Shown here piece by piece: positions 28,389-37,687 of a stretch of 64,000 bases of DNA. This DNA is from a virus. The DNA lies in the IMG/VR virus record IMGVR_UViG_3300034684_000299, positions 1-64,000 of that record. One strand, written 5' to 3'. The notes below the pieces were generated by a model. The model did not search any database, had not been told where the DNA came from, and saw only the letters and a list, made by a program, of their open reading frames with translations. Both the position numbers and the translations under genes were made by a program. Each line of letters opens with the position of its first letter. Position 1 is the stretch's first letter.

Positions 28389-31300
28389 TTATTCTGCAAC
28401 TGTTTGCGGAATTTTTTGAGTGTTTCTATCTTCCAAATCATTGACATGGTCTATTAATTGATTAATAGATTGCGTTTGATCACTCAATTTTCTGGCAAAA
28501 TTATCAACTGAATCTTTGAATATAATAGTAGATTGAGAAAAAGTATCTGTCGAAGAATTAAAATTGGTAATCGAACTGCTCAATAAGTCTTCGGCAATAC
28601 CAGTTCCTCCTGAAACGGCAGAAGTACCTGTACCACTTTTTAACAAAGTTGAATCTACAATTCCACCCATTAATAATGAACCAATATCGAATGCTTCTTT
28701 TTCATTAAATCTCATCTGCTCTAAGAATGGACCATTATTGGCCATTGACGCCCATCGCAATGCTGACATACTTGCTAATTTTTCATTATCTGTCATTTCC
28801 ATTAAAGTATCTGAAATAGCTCGCAACTCTCCAGAGCCAAATTGTTTTACTATATCTACATATTCTTGATTTGTTATCCCACCTTGCATTTTACTCAAAA
28901 AATCAGCAATAAATCTCGAAGATAAAGCTAATCCCGATGTGATATTTCCTTCACCATAAGCCCCCGTTAGACTAGCTGCTAAGTTACTAGATTCTTCAAG
29001 AATACGTTTTTGAATCTCCGGATTTGTTGCATTATTTATTAATTGTTCAATATTTAAACCTGCCAAAGATTCTGTATCAAATCCATAATTACTATATAGT
29101 TCTTCATAAAGAGGTAAGAAAAATTGTCTTATGTCTTCTTTAGGTATTCCTGCTATAGAATAAGTTTGTTCTAATAATTCTAATGCTTTTTCTGGGTCGG
29201 TAAATGATGCACGAAAAACATCGTAAAGTTGAGCCTGACGTTGAGGAAGATCTTTGGCACCTGCAAGCCCGAAATCTCCTTTTTTAAAAACATCATAAAA
29301 TGTCTTGTTAGTATACATATCTCTAACATTATTATAAAATCTTGTAGCATCTGGCATTATAAGCTCTCCAAAATTTATTGTATTAAAAAATGGTGTGGGT
29401 GTATAATACGATAAACTAGCTTGCCGTTTAAGTTCATTCAATGTTTCTTCATTTTGTATATTACTATTTTGGTTCCAAAACTCTTCTAAAGTTAAATTTG
29501 ATTGGTCTTGGAAAAGTTTTTGTTGTATTAGAGTCAATGAATATATATCTAATCCATAATTTAACAATTCTTCTTCAAGGTCTCTTGCTCGCATTTCAGC
29601 TTCTGTTTGAGGTATTTCCCCGTTAGGACCTTTTGTGTTTACAATTCTTGCTAAACTATACATATTAGGTACATAAGTACCTTCTGCGTTTTTTGTAAAT
29701 TCATATTCTCCTAATCCGCTTTTTCTTAATAATCGGTTATAACTTGTTATAGTATCTTCATACCGCTCTTTTTGTGATTTAGCAATATTTTGAATAGTTC
29801 TTTTTGCATCAGGTTGACTTAAACGTTCTATTGCTACATTTGATATTGCATTGAAATTTTGATTTTCATCTAAAAATGTTTGAAATTGTCTTAATTCTTC
29901 TTCTTGTGGCGGCCTACCAAAAGCCCCAGCAAAAAGTTGAGAAAAAGTACTTATAGCCATTTGTTGCCTTTGTTCTTCTGTTAAGCCGGTTAAATCTCTA
30001 TTAGCAAGTTCTACCACCGTAGCTGCGGTAATGGTACCGAACTTTCCTTCGGGAAAAACCACATTGGCTTGTGCTTGTCTTTCAGTATAAGGTACTTTTT
30101 GAGTATATTGAAAATATTGTTGTGTAGTACTTGTCTGTTGTATCATATCTTTTATCTCTTCTGTATTTCTTTGTAAAGATAAAGAAGGCTCTTCTATAGT
30201 ACCAATTAATTCGTCAACTTTTGCATACAGTTTATTCATAGCATCGGGGTCATTTTCATTAGCTATAAGAAACTGTTGTATTTTAGTTTTTAAATCTTTA
30301 TTATCTATATTACCTTCAGCTAATGCATCAGCAATTTCTTTCAACAATTCAATTTGTGTTGTTTCTCTAGTAGCTTCCTCAATATCAATCCTTTGATTTT
30401 GATAATTCTCTAAGGTAGTAACACCTTGAGTTTCCAATTGTCTAGCAATAGTTTCATATTCTTGTTGTGTCATATTTTCAGTACCTGTGAATTGAGTTAT
30501 AGTGTCATTTATAAACTTTCTAAATGGTTGTATTAAATTTTCGGTTTCAAATTCTATCCCAAAGAAATTGAGACGTCCTTCTTTTATCGCTGTCTCATAT
30601 TGTTGTCTACTTGCGTTTAATTGTTCTAAATTTTCTGGCGTGAAGAATTGCTGATAATAACTAGTGGTAAGCTCTTCGCCAGACAAACCTAAACCATAAT
30701 TTCCCATATTTTGATTAAACGTAGTCCAATCCGGAGATCTTCTACCATAATATGAACTACCTATATCTTCAAAAAATCCTAGCAACTGAGTTCTTGCTTC
30801 TCTAAACACATCCATAAGACTTTGAAAAGTATTTTCAATTCTTTTAGTGAAGGGTATTTGCTCAAATGCTAAATTAGCGTTAGCTACTCTTTCTATTTCT
30901 GACATTCTAGCGTTTTCCACTGCAGTTGGCACAAGAGCAGAAGGTCCATATGTTTGAAATTGTTTTACCAAAGGTTCTAAAAATTGTGGAGTACCAAATC
31001 CTTGATTATACAATTGTTCAACAACCATATTCACATTGTTTCCACTGGTAGCTAATAGATCAACAACATAATTTCCAAACATTGCAGGCATTAAAGCGGC
31101 TTGTATGTCTAACGGGATAGCTTCTGGATTTTCTTCCATAAGTTTAGAAATATAATTTAATTGAGAAGCGGGAGAATTTAAAAATTTTGTTGCAGCTAAT
31201 CCTTGCCCCATCATTTCTAATTCGACAGGATTAATCTGCCCAGTTAAAACTTTTCCAAGTGTTTCAAGATCTATATTGCCTGTTCCACCAGTAACAGCAC

Positions 31301-32507
31301 CTAACAACATAGTTGTGAATTTTGGATCGGTTAACAATCGTTGCATAACTGTTGTTGAAGCTTGACCTACTCTGGCAGCTCCTCCCATTCCTGAAACAAA
31401 TTGATTTGCATTTGGAAGTTCATTAACCATATATGCAGATAAGTTGTTGCCTGCCATAGTAACTAATCCTAATGCTTGCCCATATAATCCCATCTGATTC
31501 CCCATTTGCATTAAACCAGTGGATTGTTGCATTTGAAATTCTTCTGTAGTTCCTGTAACCCATGCTGCTTGTCTATTAGCAAAAGCTATTTGTTGCATTT
31601 GAGTGGTATCTGAAATACCTACATTGGCAAATCCTTTCATAACTTCTAAAGCATCTTCAGTAGAAGTTTTCAAAGCTTGAGAAACTAATCTGTTTGTCTC
31701 TATTAATTGTTTGAAATCTCTTTTGAATTGATCAACTGTATAATTAGCGTTAGTCATTAAATTTGATTGAGAAATCTCCGTAAATAATTTTTTGACATCC
31801 TCAGTATTAAAAACAGGCTCTGTTCTTGCTGTTTTAATAATTTCATTCAAAATATCGCTAGCTTGGGACATCGGAATAGGTGTATAAGGTCTTTCTTCTC
31901 TATTTCTAAACAATCTATTGGCAATTTGCCTTGTCACCATTACATCTGGTAGTGCCATAATATTTTCTACACCTTGTCCTAAACCTAAACCAGCTAAGTT
32001 TCCTAAAGCAGCACCTAAAAATGTACCTACTCCTGGAATTGGAATCAACGAACCTAACGCACCACCAATAAAAGTGCCCAAACCAGAAAAACCAAAATTA
32101 TTTAACATTTGCAATGTAGCAACAGGAAATTGTGATTGAGCTTCCATGTATGCTTCTGTTGGTAACATGGTACGAGCATATCCCATTCCCATATATTCAG
32201 GTTTTAAAACATTCGCAAAAGACATAGTAGGTACAGGCCTTAAAGTTCTATATGGATTAGTAGCCATAGGTGTCATAAGGGCAGGTGCCATTGTAGCAGC
32301 TCTTGCTTGTAGCATAGCTGGAGAAGGTAAGTTGAAAGCGGCTGCTGTTTGCTCGGTAACTCCTACACTAGCTCCATAGAATCTTTCGTTAAATGTAGGG
32401 CCACCCATGGCTTGAGAATAACCATTGATAAATTGAGTTCCTAAATAAAATGGAGTAGAACTCATATATTGGAAACCTTGTGCTAACATATCAGGAGTTA
32501 ACATCAT
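28389..32507 (-). CDS. Tail tape-measure protein (1372 aa)
   Basis: A/G/Q/M-rich helical protein with GTFIGGALGSLIPIPGVGTFLGAALG segment, directly after a frameshifting chaperone pair. Confidence 0.75.
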   Translation of the reverse strand: MMLTPDMLAQGFQYMSSTPFYLGTQFINGYSQAMGGPTFNERFYGASVGVTEQTAAAFNLPSPAMLQARAATMAPALMTPMATNPYRTLRPVPTMSFANVLKPEYMGMGYARTMLPTEAYMEAQSQFPVATLQMLNNFGFSGLGTFIGGALGSLIPIPGVGTFLGAALGNLAGLGLGQGVENIMALPDVMVTRQIANRLFRNREERPYTPIPMSQASDILNEIIKTARTEPVFNTEDVKKLFTEISQSNLMTNANYTVDQFKRDFKQLIETNRLVSQALKTSTEDALEVMKGFANVGISDTTQMQQIAFANRQAAWVTGTTEEFQMQQSTGLMQMGNQMGLYGQALGLVTMAGNNLSAYMVNELPNANQFVSGMGGAARVGQASTTVMQRLLTDPKFTTMLLGAVTGGTGNIDLETLGKVLTGQINPVELEMMGQGLAATKFLNSPASQLNYISKLMEENPEAIPLDIQAALMPAMFGNYVVDLLATSGNNVNMVVEQLYNQGFGTPQFLEPLVKQFQTYGPSALVPTAVENARMSEIERVANANLAFEQIPFTKRIENTFQSLMDVFREARTQLLGFFEDIGSSYYGRRSPDWTTFNQNMGNYGLGLSGEELTTSYYQQFFTPENLEQLNASRQQYETAIKEGRLNFFGIEFETENLIQPFRKFINDTITQFTGTENMTQQEYETIARQLETQGVTTLENYQNQRIDIEEATRETTQIELLKEIADALAEGNIDNKDLKTKIQQFLIANENDPDAMNKLYAKVDELIGTIEEPSLSLQRNTEEIKDMIQQTSTTQQYFQYTQKVPYTERQAQANVVFPEGKFGTITAATVVELANRDLTGLTEEQRQQMAISTFSQLFAGAFGRPPQEEELRQFQTFLDENQNFNAISNVAIERLSQPDAKRTIQNIAKSQKERYEDTITSYNRLLRKSGLGEYEFTKNAEGTYVPNMYSLARIVNTKGPNGEIPQTEAEMRARDLEEELLNYGLDIYSLTLIQQKLFQDQSNLTLEEFWNQNSNIQNEETLNELKRQASLSYYTPTPFFNTINFGELIMPDATRFYNNVRDMYTNKTFYDVFKKGDFGLAGAKDLPQRQAQLYDVFRASFTDPEKALELLEQTYSIAGIPKEDIRQFFLPLYEELYSNYGFDTESLAGLNIEQLINNATNPEIQKRILEESSNLAASLTGAYGEGNITSGLALSSRFIADFLSKMQGGITNQEYVDIVKQFGSGELRAISDTLMEMTDNEKLASMSALRWASMANNGPFLEQMRFNEKEAFDIGSLLMGGIVDSTLLKSGTGTSAVSGGTGIAEDLLSSSITNFNSSTDTFSQSTIIFKDSVDNFARKLSDQTQSINQLIDHVNDLEDRNTQKIPQTVAE

Positions 32508-32515
32508 TTTTTAGT

Positions 32516-32833
32516 TCACCCTCTCGTACTTTCTTGATCTGGTTTTTGAAGTTTCAATGTGCCTTCAACTTGCCAATTTTCTTCTTCTTCTTCTTCTTTT
32601 ATTTCAAATTTCATCTGATTTTGTACACCATTAATTAAATTAATATAATCTATAAAACTTTGTTGGGCATTTTCAAATATTTTCTGTTTGTATTCATCTT
32701 TTACAAATTGCAATCTCATCATATTAAATAATGAATTAAACATCAAAAACTCTTTTTCTTGTTTCTTTTTCAATGCATTCAACATAAGTAAGCGATGTCT
32801 TTGATTCTTTGTATATCCATGTTCTAACAGCAT
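32516..32833 (-). CDS. Tail assembly chaperone, T portion (reached by -1 frameshift)
   Basis: In frame with the -1 frame at the end of the upstream gene. Confidence 0.7.
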   Translation of the reverse strand: MLLEHGYTKNQRHRLLMLNALKKKQEKEFLMFNSLFNMMRLQFVKDEYKQKIFENAQQSFIDYINLINGVQNQMKFEIKEEEEEENWQVEGTLKLQKPDQESTRG

Positions 32834-32862
32834 TTCACCTGTATAAAAAGCACGAGAGGAAT

Positions 32863-33582
32863 TTAAAAATTTTTAATAACATCCGTTTGTTGAAGCATTT
32901 TATTTAATTTTGCATTTGTATCTCCAATAATGTTCATCAGCATGGATGGCTTTTCAGCAAATAAATTTATATAAGGTTTTAAATCATTTTCATAAAAATC
33001 ATCTAAAAATTCATCCATCTTTTCGTTTTTTAACTCTGATATTGTTTTTGCATTACTTTCTTCATTTAATCCCATGCTATATAGCATGTTTAGCAAATCC
33101 TCTCTGTACTTTTTATCTACAGGTTGATAAATTTTTTCTCCATTAATATCTAATAAAGTGAATCGTAAAGATATAAACAAACGCAAAATATTGAATGTTG
33201 CTACATTAATATATGCATCTTTTTTATTCAATAAATAAGATAAAACCAATTGAAACAACAAATTTTCAATAGTGTTCGATAATCTCAAGGAAAAAGAATA
33301 TCTATCTTTAATATGAAATGTTTTGCTGAATTTATCATCCAAATAATAATCCAAGAGTTCCTCTTCTGTGAGTTGAAAATTCAAAGCATATGGGAACTCT
33401 TCAGCTTTTTCTTCCTTTTTAATTGATTCTTTTTTTGGTTCTTCTTTAATTTTTTCTTTAATTTCTTCTTTTTCCGGTTCTTGTGTTGTTTTGGATTCTG
33501 GTTGTTGTTGAACTGATTGATTTTTTTGTGCTAACTTTTTGGCATTTAACATTATTTTCTTGAGTTTCTCATCTTCAGCCAT
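32863..33582 (-). CDS. Tail assembly chaperone (gpG-like)
   Basis: Upstream of TMP, ends at slippery site; SD GGAGGT. Confidence 0.7.
   Translation of the reverse strand: MAEDEKLKKIMLNAKKLAQKNQSVQQQPESKTTQEPEKEEIKEKIKEEPKKESIKKEEKAEEFPYALNFQLTEEELLDYYLDDKFSKTFHIKDRYSFSLRLSNTIENLLFQLVLSYLLNKKDAYINVATFNILRLFISLRFTLLDINGEKIYQPVDKKYREDLLNMLYSMGLNEESNAKTISELKNEKMDEFLDDFYENDLKPYINLFAEKPSMLMNIIGDTNAKLNKMLQQTDVIKNF
32866..32872 (-). other. -1 ribosomal frameshift slippery heptamer A AAT TTT
   Basis: ..AAA AAT TTT TAA; the -1 frame reads K-F-L-N-S-S-R-A-F-Y-T-G-E-M without stop into ATG 32833. Confidence 0.8.
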
Positions 33583-33639
33583 GAAAATACCTCCATTTAT
33601 CCTTTGAAAAAATAAAAATTAATTTTACCTATCTTCCAC

Positions 33640-33648
33640 ATTATAGCA
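33640..33648 (-). promoter_or_regulatory. Extended -10 element TGCTATAAT facing the leftward tail operon
   Basis: In the divergent intergenic region 33583-33744; no canonical -35 at 17 bp. Confidence 0.4.
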
Positions 33649-33744
33649 TAACTATCACACCCTAATTAGTATAATACCGATCGATGACTTATGTTTCTGA
33701 TAAAATACTATTGTTAGAAAAACTTATATAAGGAGGAAAAAATT

Positions 33745-33873
33745 TTGAAGAAAATAATAATGAGTATAAATAATAATATAACTAATTCTTTATTAAAGGA
33801 AAAGGTTGAAAATAAAGCATTAAAAATAGTAAAGGCTTCGAAACCTATTTATGTCAAGGTAGAGAAGGAATGA
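33745..33873 (+). CDS. Small basic protein (42 aa; below ORF-track cutoff)
   Basis: SD AAGGAGG then TTG: MKKIIMSINNNITNSLLKEKVENKALKIVKASKPIYVKVEKE*. Confidence 0.5.
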   Translation: MKKIIMSINNNITNSLLKEKVENKALKIVKASKPIYVKVEKE

Positions 33874-33877
33874 TTAA

Positions 33878-35038
33878 ATGATAGAATTTGTAGACGCAGT
33901 GGTACAACAAGTTGAACCTATAAATGGTTTAGTAGTTGTTATAGACCACAAATATTGGAAACAGTACAAAGTTCCATATGCTAAATTTTTCTATGCCAAA
34001 CTTAAAGGATTAGAGATAGTTCCTAAGGTAGGATCTATAGGAATTTTGTTGTTGAGTCCTCAAAAAAATATATTTCTCCCTCTTCAGGCTACTATAATCA
34101 ACGATATAGAAAAAAACGCCAGTAAGTTTCCGCTTGAAGAAGGAGACGTTGCTTTTATAAACGATTCCTCTTTAATCAAGATTTCAGAAAATGAATTACT
34201 AATTAAATATAAAAATGGTATACAAATACAGTACGATCAAAACACTGGGCTGTTTTTAATCAAAACAAAATCTTTTTCTTTATTTGATTCCGCACTTTAC
34301 TATTCTACAAATTATAACGATACATTAGGGAAGGCTTCACCAGAGATAACAATTAAAGATAAACCTGAAGAAGAGGAAAATTATTTTCAATTTAAGCTAT
34401 TCAATGCAGATGAATTATTAAAATTGTTTTTTACGCACAAAGAAGAGATGATTTTTGAATTATCAATTACTGATAAGAGAAAGTTAATTCTTTCTCTTTT
34501 CAATCTATCACTATCTCTAAATAAAGACAATTTAACTTTGAATTTTAATGATACGAATATAAACATAACCGACCAAACTACATTTAAAACTCCAGCTTTA
34601 ACAATACAGTCAGATGAAGCTCAAGTGATCACCGGAGATATTAAACTGATTCTAAATAGAAATAATGGTAAAATTCAAGCAGGGGATACATATATTCAGA
34701 TTTCAGATCAAGGTATAGAGATGTTTGGTAATAATATAAATATAAGAGCAGATCAATTAAACTTGAACGGAACTGAATTCAATTTAAACAGTCAAAACAC
34801 CAAAGTTTATTCTCCAACCACTACTTTCAGTGGTGCGATCCTATTCAGGCAAGGGCAGGAAAATTCTTTTGATGTTACAAATCAACAAGAATTGGATAAA
34901 GCGTTACAAGAATTAAAATCCAAAATAGATGCGGAGATAACGAAATTGAATACAGATTTGAATGTCTTTAAAGGATTATATAGAACGCATTTACACGAAA
35001 CTATTTCAGGTGTTCCTACGACACCACCATTATCATAA
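33878..35038 (+). CDS. Baseplate central spike (gpV/gp5/gp138-like)
   Basis: N-terminal OB-fold-like segment (VPKVGS), beta-helix-like repeats, C-terminal THLH (HxH metal-binding tip) + TTPP. Confidence 0.7.
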   Translation: MIEFVDAVVQQVEPINGLVVVIDHKYWKQYKVPYAKFFYAKLKGLEIVPKVGSIGILLLSPQKNIFLPLQATIINDIEKNASKFPLEEGDVAFINDSSLIKISENELLIKYKNGIQIQYDQNTGLFLIKTKSFSLFDSALYYSTNYNDTLGKASPEITIKDKPEEEENYFQFKLFNADELLKLFFTHKEEMIFELSITDKRKLILSLFNLSLSLNKDNLTLNFNDTNINITDQTTFKTPALTIQSDEAQVITGDIKLILNRNNGKIQAGDTYIQISDQGIEMFGNNINIRADQLNLNGTEFNLNSQNTKVYSPTTTFSGAILFRQGQENSFDVTNQQELDKALQELKSKIDAEITKLNTDLNVFKGLYRTHLHETISGVPTTPPLS

Positions 35039-35047
35039 TATTAGGGG

Positions 35048-35092
35048 AAAGGAGGGCAAAGCGCATATTTAATAATGCGCTAATTTAAAAAA
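35048..35092 (+). promoter_or_regulatory. SD-hairpin-AUG initiation site (gene 35093)
   Basis: AAAGGAGG 35048-35055, stem AGCGCAT/ATGCGCT 35060-35081, ATG 35093. Confidence 0.55.
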
Positions 35093-36901
35093 ATGAACAA
35101 ACTAACAGTACAATTACCGTTATTAAAGGACCAATGGGCAGCAACATTACTACAAGCTTTATACAATCAGCATCCATATTTGATTGTAGATTCTGCAAAA
35201 GTTAATATCAATGATTACGCCTTAGACGATGGCGTTATAGGTATAATCTATGTTACTATGCAAAATCATAGATTTGGTATACCTTGTATCATACGTAATG
35301 GTGAGGCGTATCCATTCGATATACTTCTTTTGCCAAATGGTAATGTTGAATTGTTGAATAAAAACAACTACGAAAAACTTATCGCTGAGATATATCAAAT
35401 AGCAACTCCAGCACCTAAACTGGATACTATTGCTGATCTATTCACACCTAAGACTTCTGGACATTTACCAATAGACCAAGTGATGACTTTAGACGAATTG
35501 ACTAAACAATCTTCATATAGAACATTAGTATTCAGTGAATATGACCCAGAAGAGTTTATAAAAACAGCAAAAGAGGTATTCAACGTTTTACCAGATGCCA
35601 TTAAAAAGTTTGCAAAAGATTTGAATTTAAGATACTCTAAAAAGGATGAAGATTATACAGACGATATTACTGAGTTTGAAATTTTGGAAAAAACTGCTGG
35701 ATACCAGTTCATATTCTATAACTTGAACAAGAAAGTCAAAGAATACGTGAAAGGTAAAGGTGGATTAGAAAAGATAGCTGAAAACTTTGATATAAATGAT
35801 GAAGAGTTAGAACTTCTACAAAGAACTAAGTATGCTAAATTCAAAAAGAACGCTACTGATTTCTATATCGACCATGAAATAACTGAAAAACCCAAAATAA
35901 CGATTATAAAGATGGCAGGAGATAAAGAAGTCAGAGACAATGTTGATTTTCTCATAAAACCATCTGAACCTAAAGTTGGTACTAGAATGGTATTTTTTGA
36001 GAAAGGTGCCAACGACGAATTATATTTCACTGAACCTATTTATATCACTAAAGTCGAAAAAGATAAATTAGAAGGATATTCTTCAGAAGGATTTGTGAAG
36101 TTAAAAGAAACAGACAAAAACTTTATAAAAAATGCTGCTGTTCCTGAAAGCAAAACATATCTTTTATCAACTAATGCTTTACCTTTTGAGGCAGTTGACA
36201 AAAAACAATACGATGTTAGCAACAAATATCAGCAATTGTTAAAGACCGCATCCTACAATAAATTAAAAATACATAAAGCACCTTCTGCTTATATAGTAGA
36301 TGATAGTAAAATCCTTAAAAATTTAAACGATGTTGATGTTTATCTTATGAAAGAAGCAGGATTTGATGCCAGAGACACTTTGTATATAAATCAACATTTA
36401 GAATCACTTCCACCTTCTAATAGCATTGTTATAAATTACAAACACAATGACCATGAAAAAATTGCAGAGCATAATGACAACACAATTGAAATGTCTAAGG
36501 AAGATAAAAAAGCTTTAATAAAATTTGCAACTTACTATTTGCAAGCGACTGAACAAGGATTATTAAAAATTGCTCAAACTCCAAAAGAAACAAAATCTCA
36601 AGAACAAGTAATGACTAGCCGTGAATTACTCGATTATGCATTAAGACAAGATCCAGACGAAGCGATAGCATACAATTTATTAGAATTAACAGCCAGCAAA
36701 AAATTGAATATATCAGAGCTTATAATGCAATATCAATTATTAGAGAATTCCAAAAATGTATTGATCAAATTACTACTTCAAGCAGAAGTTGGACTCTTAC
36801 CAATAAAGTTTGATATTGTACGCAATGCTTTAATAGCTTTAGAAAATTTATTATTAAGCATTGAATATCTTGTTAATCAGAATCAAACCACGGAAAAATA
36901 A
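35093..36901 (+). CDS. Putative internal virion protein rich in K-x-A motifs (602 aa)
   Basis: 15 K-x-A tripeptides counted; located in spike-RNAP operon. Confidence 0.6.
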   Translation: MNKLTVQLPLLKDQWAATLLQALYNQHPYLIVDSAKVNINDYALDDGVIGIIYVTMQNHRFGIPCIIRNGEAYPFDILLLPNGNVELLNKNNYEKLIAEIYQIATPAPKLDTIADLFTPKTSGHLPIDQVMTLDELTKQSSYRTLVFSEYDPEEFIKTAKEVFNVLPDAIKKFAKDLNLRYSKKDEDYTDDITEFEILEKTAGYQFIFYNLNKKVKEYVKGKGGLEKIAENFDINDEELELLQRTKYAKFKKNATDFYIDHEITEKPKITIIKMAGDKEVRDNVDFLIKPSEPKVGTRMVFFEKGANDELYFTEPIYITKVEKDKLEGYSSEGFVKLKETDKNFIKNAAVPESKTYLLSTNALPFEAVDKKQYDVSNKYQQLLKTASYNKLKIHKAPSAYIVDDSKILKNLNDVDVYLMKEAGFDARDTLYINQHLESLPPSNSIVINYKHNDHEKIAEHNDNTIEMSKEDKKALIKFATYYLQATEQGLLKIAQTPKETKSQEQVMTSRELLDYALRQDPDEAIAYNLLELTASKKLNISELIMQYQLLENSKNVLIKLLLQAEVGLLPIKFDIVRNALIALENLLLSIEYLVNQNQTTEK

Positions 36902-36907
36902 GGGGCG

Positions 36908-37687
36908 ATGCTAATGTTACCATACAACAGATTTTTGATAGCTTTAAAAAGTCTGGGATATAACTACAGGGAAATTCAATCAATATTGAATTCATATAAA
37001 TTACCCAACATGACAGAAGAGCATTATATAGGTATAAATGCCAACGATATTGATGATTGGGTATTAAAATTAATTGATGGATGGAAAGATAAAGATAAAT
37101 ATAAGACGGTATTCTATAAGATGTTAAACAATGCGATGATGAGATATAAACTTATGGCATTGTTAACCGCTAATCCTAATACAGAAGAATTAGCTAAAAC
37201 GATGAAACAAAATGGATTAGAAGAAATAGATGAAGAATCATTGGAATTATTCAAAAAATGGTTTTGGGACATTGATGAGACTAAAGAAAAAGATTGGGAT
37301 TATTTTTTTGAACACAACAGGTTCCCTGGGCAAGTATTGGAAAAGATACAAAATGCATTATACGGAGACAAGATGTTGACATATTATGAAAATGGAATAT
37401 TCCCGGAACCTGACCCAAATGCTTTTTTAAATGGAATTGTTGCGGTAGCATACCAAAAATTAAGAGATATGTTAGCAGACCCTGTCAAACGTAACAGGGT
37501 TAATTATAATACGGCTGTAAAACATGCTATGAAAGCTTTAGAAGTTTTAACCGCTAGAGAAAAGACAGGGACGTCAGAGGTTGATCCTGCTGATATAATA
37601 AATATCTTAGAAAAAAAATTGAAATTTAAAAATATGAAAGATTTTAAAAATATTAATGATTTGCAAGAGAAGGATGAGAAAAAATGA
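36908..37687 (+). CDS. Hypothetical helical protein directly upstream of RNAP (259 aa)
   Basis: ORF overlapping RNAP start (ATGA); function unknown. Confidence 0.7.
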   Translation: MLMLPYNRFLIALKSLGYNYREIQSILNSYKLPNMTEEHYIGINANDIDDWVLKLIDGWKDKDKYKTVFYKMLNNAMMRYKLMALLTANPNTEELAKTMKQNGLEEIDEESLELFKKWFWDIDETKEKDWDYFFEHNRFPGQVLEKIQNALYGDKMLTYYENGIFPEPDPNAFLNGIVAVAYQKLRDMLADPVKRNRVNYNTAVKHAMKALEVLTAREKTGTSEVDPADIINILEKKLKFKNMKDFKNINDLQEKDEKK

